64,000 nucleotides of DNA from Chiloscyllium plagiosum. Its lineage: Eukaryota. The translations under genes were made by a program, and so were the position numbers. The DNA lies in the NCBI RefSeq assembly GCF_004010195.1, contig NC_057733.1, positions 22,460,163-22,524,162 on the forward strand, given 5' to 3'. Within the stretch, counting starts at the first letter, position 1, and each line of letters opens with the position of its first letter. This document shows positions 1 to 12,113 of the stretch, one piece after another. A model generated the notes under the pieces. The model worked only from the letters and a program-made list of their open reading frames with translations, was not told the DNA's origin and ran no database searches.

Positions 1-364
1 GACTGTTACTGGCTTGCTTAACCTCTCTAGAATATTGAACAATGCTGAGGGCAGGAGGTATTTGGTTTTGAACATGAGAAATCCTTTTAACAAAAAGACA
101 GGACTGTTACTGGCTTGCTTAACCTCTCTAGAATATTGAACAATGCTGAGGGCAGGAGGTATTTGGTTTTGAACATGAGAAATCCTTTTAAACAAAAAGA
201 CAGATGTGACTTCATAATCAAATAGCTTGTACTGAATTTTTTTTGTGCATATACAAATTTCATATTTGGTTTTGAACATGAGAAATCCTTTTAAACAAAA
301 AGACAGATGTGACTTCATAATCAAATAGCTTGTACTGAATTTTTTTGTGCATATACAAATTTCA
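1..364. repeat. Staggered ~101-bp near-identical direct duplications (1-101/102-203 and 160-262/263-364)
   Basis: The copies are identical apart from homopolymer length, read directly from the sequence. Probably an assembly artefact. Confidence 0.85.
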
Positions 365-450
365 GATTTTCATGGTATAATGAATGCTCATATGTTGGTT
401 GGTAAACAGATCTTGTTTCACATGCTTAATTGATCCAAAATTTCTTTCAG

Positions 451-498
451 TAAGGAAAACAGCAGAGATCATGGAGCATGCACTGCTTAACGATGAGA
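451..498 (+). CDS. LLGL2: LLGL2 (lethal giant larvae 2) C-terminal internal exon, xRKTAEIMEHALLNDE
   Basis: tttctttcag acceptor and gtaagt donor, phase 1-1. The peptide resembles the recalled human LLGL2 segment VMERALLSDE. Confidence 0.8.
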
Positions 499-666
499 GT
501 AAGTACAGTCACTTTTAGATTTTTTCCAGATTGTGTTTATATGAGTGCTTCTGGCCCACTTTGGAGGTTCTGGTGGGGATGTAAGAGCATACCCCACTAT
601 TGGAGTTCGTGATTATTTTGATTTTGTTTTAACTATACAGTTTTTTTTTGTTTGTTTACTTTTTAG

Positions 667-724
667 GAGTTTTATTGGAGATTCAGAGCACGCTCGAGTC
701 TGACTCAGCTCTAACTGACAGATT
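667..724 (+). CDS. LLGL2: LLGL2 exon, RVLLEIQSTLESDSALTDR
   Basis: T-rich tract plus ttttag acceptor and gtaggt donor, phase 1-2. Matches the recalled human LLGL2 segment RVLKEIQSTLEGD. Confidence 0.8.
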
Positions 725-1036
725 GTAGGTATTGCTACTGGGACAGTATGGGGTAAGAGGATGAAGGGGTTGGGGAATGCTGGAGCTGGGAGGGAGTGCT
801 GGAAGAGGAAGGATATGATTGGGGGAAGGGCGAAGTGGAGCTGCGGCATCGGCAACATAAAGGTTGGAAGATCTGGGGAACAGGTGTGGGATGGGAGAAA
901 TGTGCAACAAAGGCCTTGACATTTGCAGCTTCCCAATGCAATAGGTGCCCAGAGATCAGATGGAGGTGGGTTTTTTAAACTTGTAATTTTAAGAGTTTAA
1001 TCCTCAATATGGAGAGATTTCAACTTTGTGTTGCAG

Positions 1037-1113
1037 GAGTTTTGGACACCTGGACAGAAACTCCAAAAATTCAACTGGGATACAAACTCCAAAGCAGAGG
1101 ATGATTAATGGAG
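1037..1113 (+). CDS. LLGL2: LLGL2 penultimate coding exon, (L)SFGHLDRNSKNSTGIQTPKQRMING
   Basis: ttgcag acceptor and gttggt donor. Phase 2-1 joins the neighbouring exons with no stop, and it ends in NG like the vertebrate LLGL2 terminus (SNG..). Confidence 0.65.
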
Positions 1114-1206
1114 GTTGGTACAGTCAGGAAAAAAGTGACTCTTTTTGTGATTTATAAATGTTACCTCTGATTTGAACAGTTTCCCAACACTTTGCTGTGT
1201 GACTAA

Positions 1207-4030
1207 GTCATAAAAGCTCAGAAACAGACCCTTTTTGGTCCAGTTCATCCATGTTGGTCAACCTGAATTGAACTAGTCCAATTTGCCTGCATATCCCTCA
1301 AAACCCTTCCTATTAATTTTACCTGTCCAAATATCTTTTAAATGATGTAGATGCAATTGTACTTGCCTCTACCACATCCTCTGGTAGCTCCTTCCATATA
1401 CACACCACCCTCTGTGGAAAATGTTGCCTTTCACGTTCCTTTTAATTCTTTCCCCTCTGACTGCCCTACCCTTGGAAAAAGACCTTGTCTATTCACCTTA
1501 TCTATGCCTCTCATTTATAAATCTCAATAAGGTCACCCCTCCTGACTCCAACATTCCAGAGGAAGAAGGTCTCAGCCTCTCCTTGTAACTCAAACACTCC
1601 AATTCTGGCAGCAGCCTTTCGTAATTTTTTTTTCTGTACCCTTTTTTTCTAGTTTAGCAACTTCCTTCCTATAGCCAGGAGGCCAGAATTGTATGCAGTT
1701 TTCTAAAAGTGGCCTCAGCAATGTCCTTGCACAGCTGTAACATGATGTCCCAATTCCTATACTCAATGCACTGACCATTAAAATGCCAACATTCCCATTC
1801 TGCCTACTGGTGCTGTCACTTTCAAGAAGCGATGAACCTGCACCCCTAGGTCCACATTCAACAACCATTAACTGTATAAGGCTTGCCCTGGTTTGCCTTG
1901 CCAAAATACAACACATCACATTTGTCTACAAATTAAACTGCATCTGTCAATACTCGGCCTATTGGCACCTCTGATCAAGATCTCATTCTATTCTTCGATA
2001 ACCTTCACTGTCCTCCAATGCCACCAATTTTGCAGTCATCTGAAAACTTAGTAACCATATTTTCTCTATTCTCATCCAAATTGTTGTTGCAATAGTGGAC
2101 CCAGAACTGATCCTTGTGGCCTACTCTGGTCACAGGTCTCCAATCTGAATAACAACCCTCTACCAACATCTGTCTCTCATCCCATGTAATCTAACTGTAC
2201 TAACCAGTGTACTAGATGTCCACCTAGACAACATATTTCACTCTGCCTTCATCTACCTTCTTGGTACCATCTTAAACTCTCAAGTTAGTGAAACACAATT
2301 TCCCATGCATAAAGCCATGTTGACCATACCTAACCAGTCCTTGCTTTTCCAAATGCATGTAAATCCTGTCTCAATCCCCTCCAACAACTTGCCTGCCACT
2401 GACATCAGACTCAACATGTCTGTTCTTCCCAAACCCTTCCTTACCACCTTTCTTCAACAATATCATAACATTAGCCACCCTCTCATCTTCTGGCATCCTA
2501 CTTGTGACTTATGATACAAATATCTCCGCAAAGGGTCCTGCAGTCTCCTCCCGAGCTTTCCACAATGTTCTCTGAACACCTGATCAAGTACTAGAGATTT
2601 TTCTACCCTAACTTATGTTTTAAAACCACCAGCACCACCACCTCCTTAATTGTGAACTCTTTTCAAGATATCATTATTTATTTTCCCAGCTTCCATGTCG
2701 TTCTCCACAATAAATACTTGCCCTTAAAAATTGCCCTTAATTATACATGTAGAATCTCTTTACATTCTCCTTAATCTTATATGCCAAAGCTATCATGTGT
2801 CATTTTTTGCCCTCCTGATCGCACCGATACAGCACCGATATTCTCCCTTAAGTGTACTCCTAGTCCCCTGATACTCCAGGGATTCATTTGATCCTAACTG
2901 TCTGCACCTAGCATGTGCCTCTTTTTTTTTCCTTGACCACAACTTCAATGTCCCTAGTCATCCACTGTTCCCTAAATCTTGCAGCCATGTCTTTCACACT
3001 AACATGCTGTCCTTGAACTCCTTGTTACCTTATTTTTGAAAGCCTTCCACATGCTAGACACCCCTTTATCTGCAAACAGCTTCCCCAATCAACTTTTGAA
3101 AGTTCCTGTCTAATACCATTTAAAATTGGCCTTACTCCAATTCAGAATTTAACTTTTGGATCTGGTCTATCCTTTTCCATCACTATTTTGAAGCTAATAA
3201 AGTAGTGGTCCAAAGTGCTCCCCCACTAATACCTCCATCAACTGCTGTGCCTATTTTCCCAAGAGAAGGTTGAGTTGTGCTCCTTCTCTAGTCTGTACAT
3301 TCACCTATTGAATAAGAGAATTTTTTTGAACAAACTTAAATTCCTACCCATCCAAGCCTTTTTACACTATGGCAGTGTCAGTTTGTTTGGAAAGTTAAAA
3401 TCCCCTACCTATTATTCTTGCAGATATCTGACCACTCCCTGGAAGATTCTGATTGTCAACCCTATCTATGCATCTCATAATTTATAGACCTCTATCAAGT
3501 CTCCCCTTAGCCTATTTCACCCCAGAGCAAACAACCCAAGTTTTTCTAGCCTTTTCTCATACCCTCTAGTCCAGGCAGCATCCTGGTAAACCTCTTCTGC
3601 ATTCTGTCCAAAGCCTCCACATCCTTCCTATTGAACACAACACGACAAGTGTGGCCTAACCAAAACCTTATAAAGCTGGAACGTGATATCCTGACTCTTG
3701 TATTCCTTTCCCCAACCAATAAAGGTAAGCATGCCGTATGGTGCCTTCACTCTATGGCCACTGTCAGGGAGCTTTGGACTTGAACACCAAGATCCCTCCT
3801 GTATATCCAGGCTGTTCAGGGTCCTTCCATTAACTCTCTGTACTTCTACTTCACATGTGATTTCCCATAATGCAGTGCCTCACACTTACCCAGATTAAAG
3901 TCCATCTTCACCCACATTTGAAACTGATATCTTGCTGTATTCTTTGACAATATTCTATATAACATCCACTGCTCTACCCTCACTGTTAATCTTTATCACC
4001 TCAAAATTCAATCAAGTTAGTAATATATCT
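1207..4030 (-). mobile_element. Degraded CR1-type LINE fragments (several nested pieces)
   Basis: Minus-strand RT remnants (e.g. RPLLENCIQFWPP), and shark CR1-like 3' ends at about 1207 and 3460. Confidence 0.7.
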
Positions 4031-4129
4031 GCCCTATCTTCCTATTCCTATATTCAGTCCTGTTGTAGCAGGAATAAATCACTGCCCTTGAGGTCCTGGT
4101 TTTAACCTGCCAAATTTCTTTTTATTCTT

Positions 4130-4151
4130 TCGCTCGCTCTCGCTCTCACTC

Positions 4152-4181
<30 letters not shown>
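4130..4181. repeat. (CT)n microsatellite
   Basis: Direct reading. Confidence 0.9.
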
Positions 4182-4185
<4 letters not shown>

Positions 4186-5046
4186 CCCTATCCCTTCCTC
4201 TACTTGTCATTGGCATCAGTGTGCACAAGGACCTCCATCTGCTCACTCTTTCCCTTTTTAAGAATTTGCTGCAGCTGCTGTGAGACACATATGACTCTGG
4301 CACCAGAGATGCAACACACCATCTGGATGTCGTCATAACCAAAAGATCTGTGGATACTGTAAATCAGAAACAAAATCAAACTTCTTGATGTTATGCCTAT
4401 CTGTGCCCCTGACCAAAGTCCCCAATCACAATCAATTGCTTGGACCTTGACTATCCCTCTGAAGAGCAAAATCAATGACAGAGCCAAAGATCTGGCCTCT
4501 TACACTGACACATCTGCGGTGTGACCACCTCCCTGAACCTCTTATCTGTCATACTTCCTTGTTCCTTTAAACTCCTCCATGCCTCCAAGTGATCCATGTG
4601 GTCTGATACTGTCTGTGGCACCTCTGCAGTCATAGTCGTCTGGGACAGTCAATTGCTCCCTGATCTCCTTAACTGCAAATCAGACATTTTTAAAGAAGTA
4701 TCTCATCACTGTTTTACAGATGGATTTTATTTTTCAAACAAGTCCCCATGCAAATGTAATCAGGAAGCTTTTTTTTTTGTCCCAGACCAGATCTGCTATC
4801 CATCCACCCCAAAGTTGTTTCCTTTCTCCACTTCCCAGGGCCTTCAATCTCTGCTCAAGATCTCCGGAAAGGAGGAACCTCACCTGAGGATTCCTGCCAG
4901 AAGGAGTGGCAAAGATCAGCAATTGCCAACCTCCACTCCTTTATTGTTTCAGTCAGTTCAGATGGATGCAATTGCTGTGTCTTTTATGATGAACTGAATT
5001 ATGAAGCAGTTTTGATTGTGAATGTTTTTTTTTTCTTTGTGAACAG

Positions 5047-5051
5047 ATTGA
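5047..5051 (+). CDS. LLGL2: LLGL2 terminal coding bases (D + TGA) at the start of the last exon, followed by an AU-rich 3'UTR
   Basis: Long T tract plus gaacag acceptor. G|AT TGA closes the frame, and the non-repetitive AT-rich sequence to about 5780 has ATTAAA and ATTTA motifs. Confidence 0.55.
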
Positions 5052-6475
5052 CAGTGATGCTGATGGGAGAACTCTGCTTTGTGCCATAACACTACATGTC
5101 CTACTGTTGGAGGAGGGGTCCCATTAGGAGAAGACTGCTCCATGAGACAGATGGCAACTTGGGAAGATGCCAGATCATTTAGTGCCTAATTCACTATTGT
5201 CCTGCTTCAACCCTTCCATGGAATATTTTTCTCATTTCTTTTCTGTCTCTTTGCACAGTCACTGAATGTGATGGATTTTAATTAAATAACTGCCTGGGTG
5301 CAAATAGTTTTAATAGGGGAGCTTTATACCACTATCTGGTTTTTATATGGTTTTAGATATTTCTGAGGGAGTTCTCATACATTAAGTGGAAATGAAAATG
5401 TAGAAATAATTTTTAAATTACAGAACATTTAGTGATATTTAATATATATGTATAATTTAGTTCCTGGTGGCTGCTGTAATTGTTTTACCTAGTCTAGTAT
5501 ACATTGAGGAAATATTTTCATACTTTTGAATGGTTTTAGTCTGTAAAGGTGCTCCTCCTGGAGTCTATTTTTGTAGCCAATCATGTCAGTAGGAACCTAA
5601 TGAAATGCCACTGCAAACACTACTCTACTGAATGATAAATTAAACCATTTTCACATGAACTTTTAAATTTGTATTTATTTATGCCATATCTAAGTTGTAC
5701 TAGCTTCTATCATCATTTTCTGGATTGTTTATTTTGACACCTGAAGATTTAATTTGAGGTCTCTGCAATATTGTAATTAGATTTCATTGTCAGGGCAGGA
5801 CTTGTACACCCATATTAGGACTACTCTCCCTCTCTTCCTCTTTTAGCTTCCCCCTCCCTCCACTCCCCCATCCCTTATGAGTGTGATGGATACTCCTCAC
5901 TTGCCTGGATGAGTGAAGCCCTGAAGAAACTTAACACCATCTAAGCCATCTTGATTGACACCACATCCACTCCCTCAACCACCGATACTCAGAAATAGCA
6001 CAGCGTACCAGCCACTGCAGTAATTCACCAAGGCTACTTAGCAGCATCTTCCAAACCCAAGATTATTTCATCTCTAAAGATCGGAACATCAACAACCAAC
6101 TAATTTGCTCTACAAGCCACTTGCCATCCCAACTTGGATATATATCATAATTTCATTGTCACTGGGTCAAAATCTGAACACTCCCTAATTATGTTGTGTA
6201 TCTACTTATAGTACATGGACTGCAGTGGTTCAAGAAGGCAGCTCACCATCACCTTTTAAGGTCAACTAGGGAAAGGCAATATATGCCGACCCAGCTGTTG
6301 ATGCCTGCAACATTATCAGTGAATTTTTTAAAGTATTATGTCTTTGTTCTCAAGATACACAGAATGCATCCCAAGAAAAATTAAAAGACAAAAGAAACTG
6401 AAGAACCTAACCTCAATCATCTGAAGAAAATGTATAGAGGGAAAACTAATGGGACTACAAGCTGACAAGCTTCCC

Positions 6476-6598
6476 CTGTGAAGGGCTTATGTTTGAAACA
6501 TCGACTCTCTTGCTCCTCTGATGCTGCCTGACCAGCTGTACTTTTTCAGCATCACACTCTTTGATTCTGATCTCCATCTGCAGTCCTTACATTCTCCA
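6476..6598 (+). mobile_element. Degenerate Penelope-derived terminal fragment with a decayed hammerhead core
   Basis: ctg-tgaagggcttatgtttgaaacatc followed by gatgctgcctgacc...atctgcagtcct, the same family as 23645-23861. Confidence 0.65.
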
Positions 6599-6699
6599 AG
6601 CCCTGCCCCAACGCACCCGGAATTGATGGCTATATCAGCGAAGATTAAGTCACTGCAGAAATGCAGATTTATTAAATAGGAACTTAGAAAATTTCCTGC

Positions 6700-8110
6700 A
6701 GTCTGAAAAGGCCTCAGGAAGTTGGTGGTATTTGCAATATAATATTTGTTTGAAGAAATGGGCAGGGTGGGGAGACTGAACAGAAATGGATGGATTAGGC
6801 TAGCTGCACTGTTGAGAAAATGTATATTGTTATTAAGGCAGTAATTTGATTTTTAGAAATTGTGTGATAGAGGGAAATGTCTGACAAATGTCAAGTTTTC
6901 TTAGGATGTTTGGTTGAAGGAAAGTAATAGATATAATTGATTTGGGTTTTCAAAATACTTTCAATAAGTTGTCATGTGTTAAGTGATATTTGCATGAAGA
7001 TATCATCGACTAATGAACTGAAGATATCGAGTCAGGATAAGTGGGTCATTTTCAACTTGGCAAACTAGAATTAGTAGAGTGCCACAAGGATTAGTGTTCA
7101 GATCTTAATAGGAACAGATGTAGATATTTATAATCTATATCAATGACTTCGATGAAGGGGCTGACTACATTACGATGGAATTTGCTGAAAATAGAAAGGT
7201 AGGAAATCAAGTTTGAGGAGAATACAGTCAGCAAAGGGATCTTGATTGTGAATGGGTAAACAAATTGGCAGTGAATAACATGAGAAAATGTGGAATTGTC
7301 TCCTTTGACATCCTATAGATGGAGTGATGGTAATGTCATTGGACTAGTAATCACAAGGGACTGGTTAATTCTCTGGGGGTTTGGGTTCAAATCTTTCTAA
7401 GGGAGCTGGTGTAATTAAAATTTGATGTTCAATTTAATAGCATGTATACTTAGTGACAATGCAGGGTAGGATATTAACACATTCAGAGGGATCTTGGGGT
7501 GCTTGCCCACAAATTCCTGAAGGTGGCAGGGTATATTAAGGCATATTAGAAACTTGCCCTTTATCAGCCAAGATTATAACAGCAGGGACATTGGCCACAG
7601 CTGGAATGATGTGTGCCATTCCAGTCATTGCAATATCAAAGGATGTGTTTGCATTGGCAAGAGAGGATTTACCAAGATGTTTCCAGGAATGGAGTCTTTA
7701 GCTATGAACAGAGGCTGGATAAGTTCAGGTTGTTTTCTTTGGAGCAGAGAAGGTTGAGAGGGGGCCTGATCGAAGTGTATAAGATTGAAGGGGAAGGAGA
7801 GGGTGGATAGAGAACAGATGTTCTCCTTAGTCAAGGGTCAATAATAAGGAGGCACACTTAAGGTGGCAGGCAGGAAGATTAAAGGAATGTTGAGGAAAAA
7901 CTCTTCTTCCAGAGGATGGGGTGGTGGTGTTGGGCTTCTGAGGGGGTATTTGAGGCTAATAATGTCAATTTTTAAAAAGTACTTGGATTAACACTGCCAT
8001 AATATTTGAAGGTATGGGTCTAGTACTGGAAGTGGGACAAATGGAGATTTACTGTAGTTTTGGTGGGACAGACTTGATAGATCAAGGGCCTCTTCTGTAC
8101 TATGATTAAT
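6700..8110 (+). mobile_element. Degraded CR1-type LINE RT and 3' end
   Basis: Remnants GVPQG, IYINDFD and LFSLEQRRLRGGLIEVYKI. Confidence 0.7.
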
Positions 8111-9154
8111 GTGATTCCTGTGCAGCAATCATGTAATGTTGGGAAGTAGTGTAGGTTGGTTAGCTCAGTTGGCTGGGCATTTGGTATGCAATGTATAGTG
8201 ACGTTAATGATTTGAATTTGTTTCGCCAACTCCAGCTCCACAGCTCTCACCCAAACACACTCCCTCCTCAATCCCCAAGCATCTCTTCAGCTTCAACGAA
8301 AGCTCTTAAGACTGTTGCATACATTTCGTAATTGTGGAAATACTGCATTACTGTTAAGTATATGCCTGGAATTTGAAGGCATGCATAGGAGTGAATGTGC
8401 CTGTCTGTATGTGAAGTGATCGAATAAACGTAGTCAACTAGCAATCTAATTGGTGATTTATGTTTAATGGGTTTGCTGTGTAGGCAGGAAAATGGCGTTA
8501 CAAACAAACTATACAATTGCAAGTTGTAAACGGCAAACTTTGGCATAGATCGCTTCTGAGAAAGGTTCCACAAATCTTAAACTTTAACTCTGTTCTCTCC
8601 CCGCAGATATTGTCCGATATGCTGAGTTTTCCCAGCAATTTCTGCTTTCCAGCATCCGCAGTTCTTTGGCTCTTTTTGGCACAGATTTGAGGTCCTGCTT
8701 CTGTGCTGCATGATGGAGAAAGCATTGCAGTCTAAAAGACCAAAATAAATATTTGTAAGTTTACCTTAAGATCTAGAGGCTGCAATCGCATTCGAGTAAG
8801 GTGAGGGATGAGGAGAGGCAACTGAGGTTGGTATAGAGAAATCTGAGACCAGAGTGATTGGGGTCTGGGCGTGGTCTAGAGTGGAAGAGACAGTGAGCCG
8901 TCGTACTTTGAATACTATAACTGCATGCTGGGCTGCAAATACTTCAAAAAAAACAGAGAAATATTGAGTGTTCAATACCTCACATTCAAAAGACAGAATA
9001 AGTATCGGTTAAAATTAATCCGAAAGATGGAAATATTCCAACGAGATAAGCAGTAAAAGCAGCGAATCAGCAGATGAGATTTAAATTGATTTGCAGCCAG
9101 CATTTCCCATTAGAGACTGAACTTTGGAGTTGCGTTTGATATTGAGTATTCATA

Positions 9155-9217
9155 ATGGAGAGACGAATCTTTGCAATCTCCCTCTTCCTTGTGGCTTTTT
9201 TTGCCCCTGGAATCTTG
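9155..9217 (+). CDS. Avidin-like protein exon 1 (signal peptide MERRIFAISLFLVAFFAPGIL)
   Basis: ataATGG start, charged N-terminus and hydrophobic core, phase-0 gtgagt donor in frame with exon 2. Confidence 0.85.
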
Positions 9218-9773
9218 GTGAGTCGTTAAATCTAAGATCAGGATTGGGGTGTGGGGATAGATTCGAAAATGATTGCTTTGTTACTTGATGGTTAAACACT
9301 TCATGGGCTAACAGTGCGTAGTTAGCACCATGATCCGTGTTTGACCCAATGAGTATTGCCTTTGGCCTTTACTGTCTCCCTTGATGCTGTCTTCTGTCAT
9401 TATTTAGCCATTGTTAATGTTTACCTTTGTTCCCTCCGTTGGTGTTTAATTACTGCCGCTGTTTTAATCTCTGGGGTTTTTACTTAACCAATAGCGACGA
9501 CGTTTTTTATACACCCTGAGGATATTTTCCCCCATCGCTGTTTACCCTCTATTCACACCCGGCAGCGTTTACACACGGTTGCAGTTTACCCCGTGAATAA
9601 CTAATCCCTGTGGGTGTTTCCTGCTATCGTTGTTTATCCGAAGTAACCGTTTGTCCTTTGTTTATTTGCTCTTGCACGTTTATTTGCTCCCTGTCAGTGT
9701 TTACCCCTTCTGGTTACCCGCCCCTTTGGTACTTGCTGTCTGCGCCCAATTTTCCCCTTGTTTTCTTTCGCAG

Positions 9774-9987
9774 GCGGGGGTCTGTAACATGACTGGACTT
9801 TGGCAGAACGACCTGGGCTCCGTCTTAAACCTGAATGAGATTGAGAATTATAAATTGAAAGGAAAGTTCTTGACTGCAGTCGAGGCTGCCAAGGGTGAAG
9901 CTGGATCCGACCGACGAGCCCGAGTGATTGGTATCAAGAACAATGGGAAAGAGCCAACATTCAGCATGTCTGTAGCGTGGGCTGGAG
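9774..9987 (+). CDS. Avidin-like protein exon 2 (AGVCNMTGLWQNDLGS...EPTFSMSVAWAG)
   Basis: Avidin signatures C-x2-TG-x-W-x-NDLGS, TAV and PTF-x3-V-x-W. Pyrimidine tract/cag acceptor and gtaac donor, phase 0-1. Confidence 0.95.
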
Positions 9988-10254
9988 GTAACACCCAGGA
10001 ACAGATACAGAAACACCAGCATGTGAAATAATGTTTAGAAATGAATTACCTCTAAGTTAATTAGCTCAATTATTGGTCACTCAATTTAGTGTCAGTGTAA
10101 ATACATCGTTATTAAATAATGGGAATTAACTCCTTACTAAAGCACCAATCATTATTAACTCTTAACACTGAATAACCACAGCGTTAAAGCGCCCAATATT
10201 TATTATCCCTATATCGAGGAACAACTAATGTTAATGAATACCCAATAATTAAAT

Positions 10255-10470
10255 AAAAACCAGAAGAACTGCAGAGGCTGTAAATCAGAAACAAAAACAA
10301 GTTGCTGGAAAAGCTCAGGGTAGCATCTGTGCAGAGAAATTGGGGTTAACGTTTCCGGTCCCGTGACCTTTCCTCAGTCTGAGGAAGTGTCAGTGGACCC
10401 GAAAGGTTGAGTTTGATTTCTCTGCACACATGCTGCGCCTGCTGAGCTTTTCCAGCAACTTGTGTTTTTG
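10255..10470. mobile_element. Fold-back Penelope-derived element with head-to-head degenerate hammerhead cores
   Basis: Inverted arms and a 16-bp TSD tacccaataattaaat (10239-10254/10471-10486). Cores at 10348-10377 (-) and 10379-10408 (+). Confidence 0.8.
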
Positions 10471-10799
10471 TACCCAATAATTAAATCCCACAAATTAATA
10501 GTATTAATTAATTCTTAACTTCAAGTTAAACACACCTCTATATATTTATTAGCTGTTCAACTGCAATGCCATTTAAAAGTTACAAGAGAAATTAAAGGTA
10601 ACAACAGCCATCTTTCATGGTGTGATCAAATACTGAGTGGACTTCTATGCTACTGTTCAAATTCACTACCCTTATTATCCTCTTTCAGGGAATGTTGTAC
10701 CTCTTATTATTTTCCCCTCCCTGCTTCAGTATAGTTTAGCAAATATCTGAGTGAGAATACTTAATGAGAGTGATCACCATACCATAGGGTTTGGATTGA

Positions 10800-11600
10800 A
10801 AATTGAGAAGAACCAGGAAAAAAAACATTGTAAAAGTTCTTTATTGGAGCAGGAGTAATTTTGTTGCAGTGAGAAGGGATTTAGCCAGGATAAAATAGAA
10901 TCATAAGATTGATTGTGGGGGGCAAACCGTACTAGCATAATAGATGATCTTTAAGTAGGAGATGTTTCAGGTACAGGTGAGATGCATTCCAACCAAAGGG
11001 AAGACAAGGGGAACCGAAGCCAAAGCTGCTTCATTTAATAGTGTTAGTGTCAACATGGATTTTTTAAAAATGGCTTCATAACAAAGTGTTAAAGTGCTAT
11101 TTTTCAAACTGGAGGGTGGTTAACAGTGGTGTTCCCTTAGTGTCAAAGCCAAGACCACTATTTTTGTTCACATTATTTAAGTTACTTGGATATTGAATCA
11201 CAGTAAAATTTCAATTTGCCAATGATCCCAAACTTGGAGGTGCAGCAAATACTGTTACAATCAATTGCAACAGGACATAGACTAGCAGAATAGGCAGACA
11301 AACAGCAGATGGAATTAAGCACAGAAGTATGAGAATGCATTTTGGCAAAAGGATAGGAAAAAAATATATAAGTCAAGGCATAATAAGTATACAGGAACAA
11401 AGGGACTGAGGTTAATGTGCATAAATCACTGAAGCTGACAGGATAAATTAATAAAGTCGTTAGCAAAGCACATGGAATCTTCATAAGGTAGAGGCATTAA
11501 GCACAAAAGTCTGGAAGTTATGCATAACCTTTTACAAAGTTCACTTCTCGTTAGGAAAGATGCAAGGATCTTTGAGGGTGTAGAGAAGGGATTTCCTAGA
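10800..11600 (+). mobile_element. Degraded CR1-type LINE fragment
   Basis: RT remnants (SGVP, FAND-x-KLGG) in avidin intron 2. Confidence 0.6.
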
Positions 11601-11950
11601 ATTTGTTTTCTTCATTCTTTTTATGGGATGTGGGTGTCACTGGCAAGTCTAGAATTGCCCTCTAACTGACTATCTTCTGAAGCCATTGCAGAGGGCAGTT
11701 AAGAGTCAACTACATGATAGATAATTGCTCTGAAGTCACATGTAGGCCAGATTAGGTAAGGATGGTAGACTTACTTTTAGAAAGACATAAGTGAATCAGA
11801 TTGTTGTAAAAACCTATGACAATTGTCATGTTCTTCATCATTAAGACCAGCATACATTCCAGATTTTAGTGAATTTAAATTCCATCAACTGCTTTGGTAG
11901 GACGTGATCCATGTTTGCAGCACATTTAACCAGGGCTACTGGATTATTAG

Positions 11951-12113
11951 AGTGGTGCTGGAAAAGCACAGCAGGTCAGGCAGCATCCGAGAAGCAGGAA
12001 AATTGACATTTCGGGCAAAACGTCAATTTTCCTGCTTCTCGGATGCTGCCTGACCTGCTGTGCTTTTCCAGCACCACTCTAATCTAGACTCTGGTTTCCT
12101 TGGTTTTTACTCG
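11951..12113. mobile_element. Fold-back Penelope-derived element, ribozyme core deleted
   Basis: 62-bp perfect inverted repeat (11946-12007/12022-12083) and a 12-bp TSD ctggattattag (11939-11950/12114-12125). Confidence 0.85.

Noticed and set aside
31-57. Possible 27-nt LLGL2 micro-exon (ctag/...gag/gtattt)
   Set aside because: Its open phase does not join the 451-498 exon, and it lies in the suspect duplication.
4953-5189. Alternative longer LLGL2 C-terminus (ISSDGCNCC.../IDSDADGR...)
   Set aside because: It needs a 29-nt intron or an incompatible phase and shows no recognisable similarity. The D-stop ending fits better.
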